Assembly (NCBI RefSeq): GCF_036321535.1
Contig: NC_087436.1
Location: 31,684,001-31,748,000 of the forward strand
Length of the DNA: 64,000 nt
Source of the DNA: Camelus dromedarius
Taxonomy: Eukaryota
Direction of reading: 5' to 3'
Positions within the stretch are counted from its first letter, which is position 1; each line of letters begins with the position of its first letter. The notes under the pieces are model-generated. The model did no database searches. It was not told where the DNA came from and saw only the letters and a list, made by a program, of their open reading frames with translations. Positions 25,567 through 36,925 of this stretch are shown piece by piece. The translations under genes were made by a program, and so were the position numbers.

Positions 25567-27166
25567 CTCTGTAGAAATACTTTTGATTGTTGATCCAATT
25601 TCACAGTTTTAGAACTCTTCAGGTTTTCTATTTCTTCTTTGAAACAGCTTTGGTAAATTATATTTTTCTAGAAATATATCCATGTCTTCCAAATTTTCAA
25701 AATTTTTGGCTATGTGTTCATAATATCTTCTTACAGTTTGGTATCTGAAATATCTATAATGATAACCCTTTTCACATTACTGATATTGGTGATTATTTGT
25801 ACCTTGTCTCTTTTTTCTTTATCATTCTCACCAGAGCTTTGTCAATTTCATTCTTCTTTATAAACAACTAATCTTTAATTTTTTTAAATGTCTGTTTTAT
25901 GTGTATTATCTATTTTATTACCTTCTGCTCTTTATTACCTCTTTCCTTCTACTTTCTTTGCTTTCATGTTGCTGTTCCTTTTCTAACTTCCTGAAATAGA
26001 AGCATGTCTCACAGATTTTCACCTTTTCTTTTTTCCTAATGCATGCATTCTTAAATGTGACAAATTTTCCACTGGATACTGACATAGCTTTAGCACACAA
26101 GTTTTGATATGTGTAGTATTTTCATAATTATTTACTTTAACTTTAAAAGATTTTAAAATTTTTCTTTTTTCTTTCAATCCGTATGTTATAAGTACATTTT
26201 TAAATTCCTAAATATATGGGAACATTTTAGCTATATTTTTATTAATTACTTCTATTTTCCATAAATATGTCTCTTAGAAACAATATATTGTTCTGTTTTA
26301 GACCATTTAGTTCATTTCTATCCAGTGTACTCTAAAATATATTGAGATTTGTTTTCATTGTTTTATTTTAGTACTTTCTATTTCTGTCATCTTTCTTTTC
26401 CTTTTCTTTCTTATCTTTTTTATTGACTTAGTATTTTTTCATCATTCCACTTCTTCCCCTAAGATTTGAAGATTATATACTCTATATTCTTTTGGTAGTT
26501 ACCCTAGAAATTACACTTTATATACTTAGCATAGGAAAGTCCAAAGTTAAAAGCCGATAATAAAAGAACTTCACAACATATTAATACCATTTGTTTCCCT
26601 TGTCCAGCTTATATATTATTGTTGCCAGATTTTAAAGTCTTCTTTGTAATGTTTTTGTTTCATCTTACTAGTTGTTTTATGTAATTACAGTTTATTTACA
26701 TTAGCTCATAACATTTGCCACCTTCTTTGTTCTACATTTCTTCTTCTATCTCAAACATTCCAGCTGGGACTACTTTTCTAAAGTCTAAATTTGATCTTTC
26801 AGAAGTTCCTTTACTGAGAATATGCTTCTGTTTGTCTGTAAAATATATTTATTTTATATGCATATTTGAATGATATTCTTGCTGGGTATAGAATTCCAAA
26901 TTGGCTGTTGTTTTCTTCTAGAAAATTAAAAACACAATCCTTTGACTCTGTTGTTTCTTCTGTTGAGAAGTCATCTGTCCATCTTACGTGTCATTCCCTT
27001 GAAAGTTACCTCTTTTCCTGTGGCTCTACTACTCTGTTTTTCTATAGTTTCACTGTGATGTGTCTAAGCATGGATTTTGTTTGTTCTATTTTGTGCCTTA
27101 TGAAAGTGTGGCTTGGCTTTGATTCTAGAAAATTACCAGATGTCAACTCTTCAAATATGGCCTCTG

Positions 27167-29814
27167 GCAATCTCTTAAGTCCTACCATGAAGGAGAAAAT
27201 TGTGCCAGACTTACCTGCCCACCAGAAACAACTAGAAAACTGGACAGAGTATTTGAAACTATTGTTTTTCTGATCCATGAGAGACAGGAAACAAACAAGA
27301 TGAAATCTAGAATCACCTTGGATTTCTGCCTTCTGACCATGGTCCACAGAAGGGAGATTTCCAAGCACTACCAAGTGATTGCTGTCAGTTGAGGAGTCAG
27401 AGATCAGAGTTTGATGCCTGAGGTAACTGAAATTCATAGGACAGAGAACCAGGAAAGATGGAGCTACACAGAGAAAGAAACCCAGAAATCTTCATAGTAG
27501 ACCCTTTGAATGTGTTTCTGAAATCCAAGTGATGATTCATTACAGCAAAACTCCTCCAAGAGGCCAGGCAAACAATGGCTGGGGAGCTGTAAGCTAGAAA
27601 ACACCAAGAGCTCAGACAGGGCTGGGAAATATTAGAGTTACACCCAACCTACCAACAAGTGGAGAGTCCTTCTTCAACACACAGGGCATGCAGTAAAGAT
27701 TCCAGGACTATTTCACCTTGATAATAGAACTAAACCAGCCCAGAATAAAAGATTTTCTAAATTCACCTTGACAAGGCTTAAAACCAAGCCTCAAAATAGT
27801 CAAGCTTGTCCACAAGTAATTTAACTGCCTGCCAGAACAAATCCAACACTTTTAATACTAGACAAGAAAAAATGTTATTCCTAACCAAGAAAGCAAATCA
27901 GGTTTGTCAATTTCATTCTTCTTTATAAACAACTAATCTGTAATTGTGGGTGTGTACATAGAAACACTCCCAGAAAACAGAAATGGTGCAATTAGTAGAC
28001 AAGAACTTTACATCAGCTATTATAAGTAAGTTCAGTAATATAAAGGAACACATGAAGATGACAAAGGAACATGTGAAGATGGAATTTACAAAAAGGAACC
28101 AAATGGAAACTTGGGGATGAAAATTATAATATCAGAAATTTTTAATTTTACTGAATGGGATTAACTGCAAATTATATACTACAGACAAAAGGATCAGAGA
28201 ACTTAAGGACAGAAGGAAAAAACAAACCTATCCAAAAATGGAAGCATAGAAAAAAAGTAAAATAATAATAATGATAATAATAATAAGCAGAGAGCCTAAA
28301 TGATTTGAAAGACAATATCAAGCAGTGTAAAGATGGGTGGGAGTGAGTTGGGAATAGAGGTATTTTAAGAAATAATGGCCAGAATTTTTCCAAACTTGAT
28401 CAAAACCCTTTATATTAGTTGTCTACTCTTACCTAACAACTTGCTCCAAAACTAAGTGGCTTAGAGCAAGAGACATTTATTATTTCACAGTTTCTGTGGG
28501 TTGGGAATCTAGGCATGTCTGCATCAGAATACGTCTGAGTGAGGATTTCTAATGGACTTGCAATCAAGGTGCTGACTGAAGCTGCAGGGATCTCAGGGCT
28601 CCACCAGGAGAGGATTCACTTCCAAGCTCGCTCTATAGTTGGCAGGCCTCAGGTCTTCACTACTGTTGGTAGGACACATCAGTTCCTTGCCTTGGGGGCT
28701 TCTCTGTGGATCAACTCAGAACATAATAGGTTACTTCCCTCAGAGTGAGGGCTGATAGAGACAGGCGTACAGAGAGAGGGAGGTAGGAGAAAAAGAAAAT
28801 CCTGGTCTTTTTTAACCTAATCTTAAAAGTAATGTTCTATCACTTTAACATTTTGCCATTAGAGAATGGAGGTTTGAATACTAGGAGGTAGGGAAATCAG
28901 GGGCCATTTCAGAGGCTACCTACCACACCATGACATTACACCATACACAAAAATAACTCAAAATTAATCATGGTCTAAACATAAAAGGAAAACAATAAAA
29001 CTTCTAGAAGAAACGAAGACATCTGCAATAAGCAAAAATTTCTTGCATAAGACACAAGAAGAACAAATCAAGAAAAAAATGATAAATTGGACAACATCTA
29101 ATTAAAAACTTCTACTCTTAAAGCCACCATTAAGAAAATGAAAAGACTGCGAGTAAAGATTTGCAATTAATATATCTGACAAAGGACTTACATTCAGATT
29201 ATTTTTTTTAAATGTTTTATAACTCAATAACAACAGTAACAGTTTGGCAGTTTACTACAAAGTTAAATGTGTACTTACCATATGACTATGCATTTTTACT
29301 TATAGGTGTTAGCCCAAAAGAAATGAAAATATATATTCACTAAAGAAAAAATCGAACAAATTTTGTAGGTGCTTTATTTATAATAGCCCAAAATGAGAAA
29401 CAACCCAAATGCCCATCCACAGGTGCATAGATAATCAATCAGCAATTAAAAAAAAAATACTGATACATGCAACAAATGTGGATAAATCTCAAAAATGAGA
29501 TGAAATAAATGCTAGACAAAGGAGGAGGGTGCATACTGTATAATCCCATTTACATGAAATTCTAGAAAAGACGATTCTAATCTATAATGACAAAACAGCT
29601 TGGTGTATGCCTAGAGCTGGGGTTATGGGCAGAGCCATGACTGCAGAGGGTCATGAGGGAACATGCTGGGGTGATGGACATATTCTATATCTTAACTGTG
29701 ATTGTAGTTACGTGGGTGTATGCATTTGTCAAACCTCACCAAGCTCTACACTCAAAGTAGCTACATTTTATTTTCCATACTTATACCTCAGTAAGGTTGA
29801 TTTAAAACCAAAAT
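27167..29814 (+). mobile_element. Old L1 with 5'UTR/ORF1 start and 3' end, internally deleted, nested in the antisense L1
   Basis: ORF1-like ~27870-28405; ORF2 end and 3'UTR 28930-29814. Candidate TSD aaatatggcctctg (27153-27166) / aaatattgcctttg (29815-29828). Confidence 0.7.
28411..28927 (-). mobile_element. MLT1-type MaLR solo LTR
   Basis: aagtggcttagagc...atttattatttcacagtttctgtgggttgggaatct...ggctacctaccaca. Confidence 0.8.
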
Positions 29815-30941
29815 AAATATTGCCTTTGCTCAATCAATTCTCTCTCTCCCATCCTTCTGAGACTCGGCTGTAAGGTATATTAGACTTTTATATTGCATTC
29901 TGTGTCTCTTACCTTCTTTATTTCCATCTTTTTCTTTCACTGTGTATTCAGACAGTTACTTCAAATCTATCTTATATTTCATAAGTTCTCTTTTTTTATG
30001 TGCAGTCTGCTGCTATGTATGCCCATTGGTATTTTTCTAATTTATTAACATTTATTTCATATACATTCTTGAAAGAACTAAGCAAATCCGTACACCTATC
30101 CTTTAATTTTATACAACCAGCACTAAAAATGATAACAAAGCTAAGATTTCAGTGTCTGTTAGTTTTCACTCTCTATTTTTCCTTTTGATCTCAACTATCT
30201 TAAAGCTGATTTCTTTCACATTTGCAAGGGAATGCCTATAGCAATACCATGTTACCTTGTTCCAGATGACAAAATAATACGCCTATTGATTTTTTTTTTA
30301 ATCTTAAGGTATTTTTTAATGTTCAGAAGTTCTAATGAGCTCTTTTTCAAGCCCGTTGTTTTACATTTTTAAAGCCTCCTGTCCCTTGCTGATATTTTCA
30401 AGTTGTCTTGCTTTTCTTTTAAAGTGGTAAACATTACTTGAAAGTCTGCATCTGATAATTCCAATATCTGTCATCAGACAGGCCTGTTTCTGCTGGTTTC
30501 TATGCATGTTGTCTGCTTTCTCTCTCTGCTTGTTAGTATTATCACCCTGGAAATTTTTTATAGTGGGACTTTCATAGAGAGGCTTTGTCTTTGCTTCTTC
30601 TGTGTTCCTGAGAGCGCTACCAGTTCTCAGCACCTCAACCAAGGGAGAATTTCTGTCTTACCTTAGGTACTGATTGATTCTTTGAGGGAAATCTGTAAGA
30701 TGGCCAGTCTATGGCCACAACTTCTCAGGAATGTTTCTTTTTTCTTTTCTTTTCCTGCTTTGCTCATGCCCAAAGTAACTTCTTTGTCATCCTGTGACTT
30801 TGAGGGGAGGGGCATGGATTCAGATATGGTTCACCTTTACCCTGAGAAGGAGATACCCTTTTGGGGTCCCAGATCACTGTTGATGTCAGAGAGGGTCTCT
30901 CTACCGCACACCTTTCTCTGAATGGTAACAGACCCAGATCC

Positions 30942-31016
30942 TATTGTATTGTATTGTATTGTATTGTATTGTATTGTATTGTATTGTATTGTATTGTATT
31001 GTATTGTATTGTATTG
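30942..31016. repeat. (TATTG)15 perfect pentanucleotide microsatellite
   Basis: Read directly; explains the repetitive ORFs YCIVL/QYNTI. Confidence 0.97.
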
Positions 31017-31508
31017 TAAATGCCTTCCAGGGCATCCAAAGCATTCATGCCCCAATATTCTTCTTATTTTTTTCATTACAAGCTTTCGTTCAATAATTGT
31101 CTTGAGACTTTTTGCTATATTTTCATCTCATTAATTCTTTTAAAGTGTTGTGAGGTTTTTAATGGGTTGATTAATCTGAATAACCTAGCGTGCCTTTACA
31201 GGATCCAAACATACGCTCTTTTAAAATATCCCACCTCATTTAGCACAGTAATTGATATATCTTCGTGAAAAGTAGGCTTTAGATAACTTTTGTCTTATAC
31301 AGAGTTTACAGGTATCTGTAGTCAGTTACAGTATCCTGGAAGTTGAAATGGACTATAGCTACAAAATAAATCACTCAGGCCTGGAAATTTGCATCAGGAT
31401 CGTTAGAACCAATATTGCACTTACACAATACATTACTTCTAATTAATAACATTAGCAGTTGATCTTAGTATTATTTCTTAACTAAAAGGGATATGTTGTA
31501 TACCTTTG

Positions 31509-31954
31509 TGTTTTAACCATATTGCCTTAAGTGAGATATAGTAAGCCTGGATGCAGATCAAGAGACTGACACTGAAAAGGGTTTTACAACTTCTTATACT
31601 CACGTTTCCCTGGGGCAAACACAGCACATCACCCAGGGCCACTCGGGAAGCAGGCTAGTCAGTCGCCGGGCAACAAGAGCCTTTACAGTGATTTGTGTTG
31701 GAAGGAGTGGCTAATTTGAATGATTTCAGTGGGCTCTGAAGCATAGGGACTGTCCCTGATTATCTGATATCTGGCCCTGGGGCGGTTAAGGCAGGTGTAC
31801 AGTGGCCCAGAGTATCAGAGATCAAGAAGGGAAGTGGTTGTGAGTGTGAATTTAATCAGCTGCTCATGAAGGGATACTGATGGGCCTCTAGCTAGGGCCT
31901 CAAAACTGAGTCAAGACAGCATTTAAAAATAATTATATTTTAAAGCAACTAACA
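31509..31954 (-). mobile_element. ERVL solo LTR (MER74/MER73 group)
   Basis: TG...CA ends; the reverse strand reads tgctgtcttgactcagttttgaggccctagctagaggcc, which matches the recalled consensus. Confidence 0.65.
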
Positions 31955-32803
31955 ATGTAGAGTCCTAAACCAGGAGCATAGGGACAACTATTCTAATGGG
32001 GCAGAAGTGCCTAAATTTTATTTATTTGTATCACAGTGTTGAAATGAGCAGTGAAAAAATGTATATCGTACTGGCTGAAATCTTAAAAACATCTAAACAA
32101 ACGTAGCATAATTTGTAACTGTGTCTGGCTTAGTGAGGGCCTGCCCGTGCTAAGAATGTCCCGTAAAGATTTAACATCTCACTTTCAAGCATTGCCTTTT
32201 AATCAGTCAGTTTGCTTTGGTTAGAAACTGTAAGTCTACTCAGAGAAAGTTTTTGTCACTTGGCAGATATTTTGCATCAGGTTTAAGAGAAAGGCAGTGT
32301 CACCTCTTTGTGGATCCTCTTATATTTGACTTTTCCATATTTCTCAGGAAATAAAAGTAATGAATAAATCAGTTTAGTTTAATATTATCTTTGTATTAAA
32401 AATTACATGTAGATCATTTAAATTACATATATTAACTGTAAGAATAGAAGCACATTAATATTTAATATACTCTTTTTTTCAGTTTTTTTTTTAAGTTTAA
32501 CATTTTTTATTGGGTTATAGTCATTTTACAATGTTTGTACTTTATTGTGTTAGTAAGCTTACCAGAAAATATCCAAATTGGCTCTGATTCAGGTTGTTAG
32601 TACACCTTTAAAAGTGGTCGGCAAGATTATTAGCATCTTGGCTCTCTGTCTCTTCACTCTATTAAGTTCAGAATTGCACCTTGCAATTTAAAGTGTCTAA
32701 TACTGCAGTTTGCAGATTTATACAAGTACTTCCAGAAACAAAGCAGATACCTATAAACTCACTTTAATTTATGACAAACATTTCAGTGACCAACCGCTCT
32801 TTT

Positions 32804-33991
32804 TTTGTGTGTGTATATATTTTTTTTTATTGAAGTATAGTCAGTTTACCATATTGTGTCAATTTCTGGTGTACAGCATAATGCTTCCATCATATATGAG
32901 CATACATACATTTGTTTTCATATTCTTTTCACCATAAGTTATGACAAGATATTGAATATAGTTTTTTGTGCTATACAGTATAAACTTGTTTATCTACTTT
33001 ATATATATTAATATCTGCAACTCTCTAAATCCCAATTTATCCCTTCTCACCCCCTTCCCCCCTGGTAACCATAAATTTGTTTTCCATGTCTGTGAGTCTG
33101 TTTCTGTTTTGTAAATAAGTCTGTTTGGCTTTTTTTTTTAGATTCCACGTATAAGTGATGTCATATGGTATTTTCCTTTCTTTTTCTGGCTTACTTCACT
33201 TAGAATGACAATCTCCAGTTCCATCCATGTTGCTGCAAATGGCATTATTTTATTCTTTTTTATGGCTGAGTAGTATTCCATTGTATAAATATACCACAGC
33301 TTCTTTATCCAGTCATCTGTAGATGGACATTTAGATTGTCTCCACATCTTGGCTATTGTAAATAGTGCTGCTGTGAACATTGGGGTGCATTTGTCTTTTC
33401 AAATTAGAGTTTCCTCTGGATACATGCCCAGTAGTGGGATTGCTGGATCATAGGGTAAGTCTATTTTCAATTTTTTGAGGAATCTCCATACTGTTTTCCA
33501 TAATGGCTGCACCAAACGACATTCCACCAACAGTATAGGAAGGTTCCCTTTTCTCCACAACCTCTCTAGCGTTTATCTTTTGTGGACTTTAAAGTGATGG
33601 CCATTCTGATTGGTGTGAGATGATACCTCATTGTAGTTTTATTTGCATTTCTCTGATAATTAGTGATATTGAGCATTTTTTCATGTGCCTTTGGCCATTT
33701 GTATGTCTTCATTGGAGAATTGCTCGTTTAGGTCTTCTGCTCGTTTTTGAATTGGGTTTTTTTTTTTTCTTACTAAGTTGTATGAGCTGTTTGTATATTC
33801 TAGAAATTAAGCCCTTGTCAGTCTCAACTTTTGCAAATATTTTCTCCCATTTTGTAGGTTGTCCTTTTGTTTTGCTTATGGTTTCCTTTGCTATGCAAAA
33901 GCTTGTAAGTTTAATTAGGTCCCATTTGTTTATTTTTGCTTTTATTTCTATTGCCTGGATAGACTGCCCTTAGAACGTTGCTGAGATTTAT
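32804..33991 (-). mobile_element. Young 5'-truncated L1 (~1.2 kb)
   Basis: ORF 33138..33380(-) [42 protein letters not shown] is the ORF2 C-terminus. 18-bp TSD gtgaccaacc(g/a)ctctttt at 32786-32803 and 33992-34009. Confidence 0.95.
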
Positions 33992-36615
33992 GTGACCAAC
34001 CACTCTTTTCTAAGCACTCTGCTAAATACTAGAAACACAAAGATGAATAAGACAAGGTCCTTCCCTTAGAAAGTTACTTTATCACATTATACACTTCTGT
34101 TTTTCTTCATAGCATTCATCGCCAACAATAATTGCATTTTATATTTATTTCTTTACATTTTTTCTTTCTTCCATATGAGAATATCAGCTCCATAAAGTAA
34201 CTTGTGTCTTGTGCTCTCCACTGTACCCCTAGATACTCAGAACATATTTGTTGAATGAATGAAAGAATGAAAGCTAGTGAATTTTTTCGATTATTGTTTC
34301 TTTCCTAGGCCAAACACTCCTTCCAATTTTGAGCCTTTCTGCAGAATTTTAGTTTTTGAAATGCATTTGAACTTGGTGAAACATGATAAAGTCTCTATTC
34401 AAGAGACTGCATTACCAAGAAACTTGAATTCCCATAATTCCACTGCCTTGTAGTGAAAACTTTTTTCTCATCTTACAGACTTTTAAAAATGTTATTCATT
34501 CTAAGAACTGCTGTGAAGACTGTTGATGATAAAGGAATACATAGTTCAGAATGTAGGCACTAGAATTGAGTGAACTAATTTTTTAAAAAATCATACTGTT
34601 CATAATCAAGATCATACTTCCAGAGGAGAAAATATTACACAAAACAATTGGTGAGGATTATTTATCAAGTCACATTGAATTCATACTTGAATTTCTGTTC
34701 TAAAATCTAAATAGACATTGATCATATATTACAAACCTCTGTGAACTGTGTACATATTGCACAGGCATCACCAGCAGTTATTGGCACATAATTGTTGAAT
34801 CCATATGTAAGCATAAATATTTATATAAGTATAAAATCCATTGCATAGTGTTAGGCACTTGACAAGTATTCTTTAAATGTTTACAGGTATTTATTTGAGA
34901 ATTATTAGAATACGGTTTTTTAAAGGGAGTTTTTGCTAGCCAGCAGTACAAGGCCAAAGAAGAACTCCTTGAACCTGAGTTCTAGGATGCAGTGTCAGCT
35001 TTATGAGCAAGCACATAGGTAGCCCCATGTATGACTGATCTAAAGGAGTTTACAGGAATGAGTCCTGTGTCAAAACACCTCATCAGTCCTGCTGCCTATC
35101 ATCACACCACCATAATGTAATTCTTTTTAATATCGGAAATTACTTTTCATGGGGTTTTTGATGATGTTTTTAGCCAAAATTCAGATACTATGAAAGTAGC
35201 CCTTTAGTTTTCAGTAGTTGGAATCTTGCAAACAACCTGTATGTCATCCATAGAATGACTTAGAAGAGCAGACTGCCTTGGCTCCAATCTCTCTTCCTCC
35301 TTTCCCTTACCTCTAGTCAGTCATTGAGTCTGGCTGATCTGCCTCCTTGGTGTTTTTCAAATCCTTTTGCCTTTGCTCACTACCCCTAACTTGTTTCAGG
35401 CCATTCTCATTTCCTACCTAGATTACTGCGGTAGCTTTCTGATTGGTTTCTGGAACCCCAGGCTTGTCTTCCCTCTAATCTGTTTTCCATACTATGTCAG
35501 ATACCTTTTATAATATCAATCTTGTTAATTCTTTCCACTCTCCCATCCCTTCCCACTGCAGTTAGGAAGAAGTTGGCTGCAGGGGTTTTCTGATCTAGCC
35601 CTTATATGTATTCTAATCTCATTTCTTATCACTTTCCACTTTTTATTAGTCTCTTCTCCTTGAGAAAATTTTAGAGAAATCCTCATCACTTTAAGGTTCA
35701 TTTATTATAATAAGAAATTAATATTACCAGTTTAATCAAAATTATATCCAAAGCACGCAGTCCTGTAAAAAATAGCTGCTGAGTAATAAGCCAGCCAGTC
35801 ACTTCTCTTTGTTAAACCACAGGGAATTGGTGGGAAGTGGGGGAGTGCAAATACTGTGATAACTACTTTGCTCTTGTCCAGCAAGGACTCGTACCTTTAA
35901 AGAAGACAATAGCAGTGGACACAACACAAAACCCCTGCCCTTGTGGAGCTTTTATTCTAATAGGGAAACAGACAGTAAACAAGAGGAATTAAACATATAA
36001 TAGATAATAATTACATGCTAAAGAAAAATAAAGTAGAAGAGGGAATAGGCAGTGTATATGTTTTTAGAGGGAGGGCATTTTTAGAAAAGGTCAACAGGGG
36101 TAACCAATCCTCAACGACCTTGACCCTCTTTCTCTTCTTCCTTTTCTTGTCTTCCAAACAAGCCCTGGTTAAATCCAACTCCTTGCTCCTCGTCCTTTCA
36201 CCCATTCAGCTCAAGGTGACTGGAGTGAAATGCAGCCATGCTGGTGGTCTCATTTTAAATCCGTGATCGCAGAAGGGGCCCTTATGCTGCAGACAGTCAG
36301 TCTGTATACTCCTTGGTGACTATTTCATACCCTCTTGTCTTTGCTGAAACCTTTTACATCTCCTCCCCACCACCACTTTCATTTGACAACTTCAATTCCT
36401 ATTTCACCGAGGGAAGAGAAGCAATTGGAAGAGGACTGCCACAGTTCCCATCATTGCCTTTTTATTCCTACTTGTATCTCTTCCCGCATACCCTACTGTA
36501 ACAACAGATAAACTGCCTCTGCTCCAGTATGAGGTCAAACTCTTCATTTGTCTCATAGGTTCCACTTCCACTTTGCCATGCTACGTCTTTGTTGGATGTT
36601 CAACTGAAAACAGTT

Positions 36616-36925
36616 TTCCATAGAAATAGAATACCTAACAAAGCAACGTGAACTGGTTATCTGCCCTAAAAGAGCAATAAGTAGAAATAATCCATGGACT
36701 AAGCAATTTAAAACAAAACAACCAACCTTCTAAGGAACATTCCTACTTAAGTGAAATCTCAGTGTGTAGATTTATTTAGGCTTTGCACAGAGCTGGTACA
36801 CCGTGGTCAGTTATGCTTAGCAGATCGCGTTTGGTAACAGGGTCTTGCCCAGCCTAAATAGTCATGCAGTTTGTATCTTGACTTCAGTTGTACACTTGAA
36901 CACGATAGGTGTACCTCAGACTTTT
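36616..36925 (+). mobile_element. Ancient MER136-like interspersed element with hairpin
   Basis: ttccatagaaatagaatacctaacaaagcaacgtgaactggttatctgccct resembles the recalled MER136 start; long imperfect palindrome at 36773-36860. Confidence 0.55.

Larger units (their letters stand above)
24080..27166 (-). mobile_element. Ancient antisense L1 (L1ME-like), interrupted by a younger L1; continues at ~29830-30600
   Basis: T-rich decayed ORF2/ORF1 antisense motifs (gggaaagctttcagtctt; tcatctatgttcattagagagat; gctgggtatagaattc). Confidence 0.7.

Noticed and set aside
30837..31134. ORFs with YCIVL / QYNTI repeats
   Set aside because: Products of the (TATTG)15 microsatellite.
32483..32540. Possible second ultra-short L1 tail
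   Set aside because: Resembles an L1 3' end but is only ~50 nt with no convincing TSD.
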